The position numbers were made by a program, and so were the translations under genes. Positions 37,213 through 38,512 of a stretch of DNA of 38,512 bases are shown here, in pieces. This DNA is from a virus (taxonomy: Duplodnaviria; Caudoviricetes), in the IMG/VR virus record IMGVR_UViG_3300031519_000074, positions 1 to 38,512 of that record; one strand, given 5' to 3'. The notes under the pieces were generated by a model. The model was not told the DNA's origin. It saw only the letters and a list, made by a program, of their open reading frames with translations, and searched no databases. Within the stretch, counting starts at the first letter, position 1. Each line of letters begins with the position of its first letter.

Positions 37213-37347
37213 TTATTTGTTTTTTCTGCATTTAGCGATAGCTCCAGAGGCATATGCCGATGGAAATACCTTGTATTGCTTTTTTACTTTATGGTAGCAC
37301 GCATCCTTCTTAAATAAAGGTGACGTGGCCTGTGGTCTATTTGCCAT
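37213..37347 (-). CDS. Small basic protein, 44 aa, MANRPQATSPLFKKDACYHKVKKQYKVFPSAYASGAIAKCRKNK
   Basis: Below the ORF-track cutoff; DACYHKVK...PSAYASGA..KCRK motif recalled from marine phages; A/T-rich leader. Confidence 0.8.
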   Translation of the reverse strand: MANRPQATSPLFKKDACYHKVKKQYKVFPSAYASGAIAKCRKNK

Positions 37348-37368
37348 AATATTAATTTACATGTTTGT

Positions 37369-37555
37369 AATCATAAGGGCACCTTAGTCCAATGAAGGTT
37401 ACTAGGTACCCTATGACTCTACTTTGAATAGTGCAACGATCTGTACGTTCACTGCCTCAACCACTTCCTAGGTGGTATCTGAAAGGAACTAAGCAAAAAA
37501 GCAACTATATGACACCTGCCTGATGAGCAGCCTTAACACAACGTGTCCATTAAGG
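37369..37555 (-). ncRNA. Candidate structured RNA (five stems, two potential pseudoknots)
   Basis: Intergenic gap of ~225 nt, more GC-rich than other gaps, with complementary segments; G-U pairs favour the minus strand. Confidence 0.55.
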
Positions 37556-37572
37556 TAGCGATTCTTTGGTAG

Positions 37573-37818
37573 TTACTTTTTCTTCTTCTTGGTAGCAGCC
37601 TCTAAGAATCCTCTTTCATATTCTAACTGCTTCTCCATATCAAGGATGCGATCCTCAAGATCGTTAATTACTTTTATCTTCTTATCTAATCTATCATGCA
37701 CCGTCGTAAGCTCACTCTTAATAGCCGTGAACTCAGCGAATATGCCACCAGCTGTAAATACAGCTACAAGCAAAGATAACACAACAGACATGTTGTTCTT
37801 TATAAATGTATCCGGCAT
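37573..37818 (-). CDS. Membrane-anchored coiled-coil protein, 81 aa
   Basis: N-terminal TM (VVLSLLVAVFTAGGIF), coiled coil, poly-Lys end. Confidence 0.7.
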   Translation of the reverse strand: MPDTFIKNNMSVVLSLLVAVFTAGGIFAEFTAIKSELTTVHDRLDKKIKVINDLEDRILDMEKQLEYERGFLEAATKKKKK

Positions 37819-37833
37819 AATAGTTAAATTGTA

Positions 37834-37989
37834 TTATTTCTTTTTCTTCTTAGCAACAGGCTTCTTTTTAACAACCTTCTTCTTCTTAGGCTTAGACTTC
37901 TTTTTTCTTTCTAATGCAGACTTAAGTTTGTCTGCGGCTACTCCCATGAGTACTTGTTTAGCTACGGCTGCAATTACTGGTGCTGGCAT
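37834..37989 (-). CDS. Lys-rich histone-H1-like small protein, 51 aa
   Basis: MPAPVIAAVAKQVLMGVAADKLKSALERKKKSKPKKKKVVKKKPVAKKKKK; below the ORF-track cutoff; first gene after the non-coding region. Confidence 0.7.
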   Translation of the reverse strand: MPAPVIAAVAKQVLMGVAADKLKSALERKKKSKPKKKKVVKKKPVAKKKKK

Positions 37990-38512
37990 GTGTGTGTTCT
38001 TTTAAATTAGTATTTTATATATAGAGGTATTGTGTTGCATTATACATTTGACAACGAATCGTGTATATTAAAGCCATATGTGTAACGTATGCGGCTATAT
38101 ACCGCTATATTAGTGGTGTTTGTATCATTTTATCGATGCATTGTCATTATTTGTGTCGTTCGTAGCTTGTTATCGTACGTCATACTGTCATGACACTGTC
38201 ATATGTTCGGTGCATCGTATACATCACTGCGTTATTGTTAACACATTGATTGTATTGTTGTTGCATTGGTAATTTATTACGTAGTTGTTTGCATATAGTG
38301 CAATAGCTTTATAGCACATTGCATTATGTTTGGTGATTAATATGTTTTATCACATTATATACATATAAACGTATGCTTAAGTACTTATATAATATATATT
38401 ACATAAATTTGTAAAAAGGTATAATTTTGTATATAATACGTTACAAACCGCATTACGATGTGATAATATATATGTAAGTAACAAAGTAACAGTCTTACGG
38501 AGTTTTATAAAA
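37990..38512. promoter_or_regulatory. Long non-coding control region (promoters; possibly origin or genome end)
   Basis: No ORF of 60 aa or more; AT-rich; repeated GTCAT and TGCAT words; palindrome TGTCATGACA at 38186-38195. Confidence 0.55.
38385..38423. promoter_or_regulatory. 39-bp AT-rich promoter-like repeat, copy 2
   Basis: 34/39 identical to 12345-12383. Confidence 0.6.

Larger units (their letters stand above)
1..38512 (-). other. Virion morphogenesis/lysis region of a crAss-related (phi38:1-like) Bacteroidota podovirus
   Basis: Co-oriented terL-portal-scaffold-MCP-ring-muzzle-ejection gene order; no tape-measure or sheath genes recognised; A-rich starts without Shine-Dalgarno as in Bacteroidota; phage-encoded chaperonins. 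Confidence 0.85.

Noticed and set aside
37511-37565. Hammerhead ribozyme suggested by CTGATGA followed by a stem on the plus strand
   Set aside because: The stem is followed by GATT rather than the required GAAA, no stem III or NUH site could be built, and G-U pairs nearby favour the opposite strand.
442-38005. Plus-strand ORFs in the ORF track (e.g. 4663-5016, 7398-7763, 23788-24165, 29488-29874, 37589-38005)
   Set aside because: They are antisense shadows of well-supported minus-strand genes, with no recognisable motifs.
1-38512. CRISPR array, tRNA genes, integrase or IS elements
   Set aside because: No regularly spaced repeats, cloverleaf with T-loop consensus, or recombinase/transposase motifs were recognised by eye.

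Overview
The window is part of a lytic, AT-rich, podovirus-like tailed phage genome. It is most consistent with the crAss-related / Cellulophaga phi38:1-like phages of Bacteroidota (Flavobacteriia). Nearly all real genes are tightly packed on the minus strand and use the standard code. Read right to left: a ~500-nt non-coding control region; small basic and membrane proteins flanking a structured intergenic RNA candidate; a first receptor-binding cassette; a cluster of tiny Lys/Arg-rich proteins; groEL-groES; tail fibre and receptor-binding modules with two paralog triplets; a lysis cassette (holin, small membrane protein, M15 peptidase); a double-GroES-like protein; terminase; portal; scaffold-like protein; major capsid protein; ring/adaptor proteins; a tail stabilisation (muzzle) gene apparently split into three ORFs with FN3/BACON-like extensions; a GNAT-like protein; and ejection/cargo proteins. 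The most unusual signals are a 234-codon lipoprotein-like ORF overprinted in the +1 frame of terL, the split muzzle gene, a ~190-nt double-pseudoknot RNA candidate, a shared [STAN]-P-[LFI]-x-[KR] motif in cargo and basic proteins, and a 39-bp promoter-like repeat. All family assignments come from motif recognition and synteny, not database searches.
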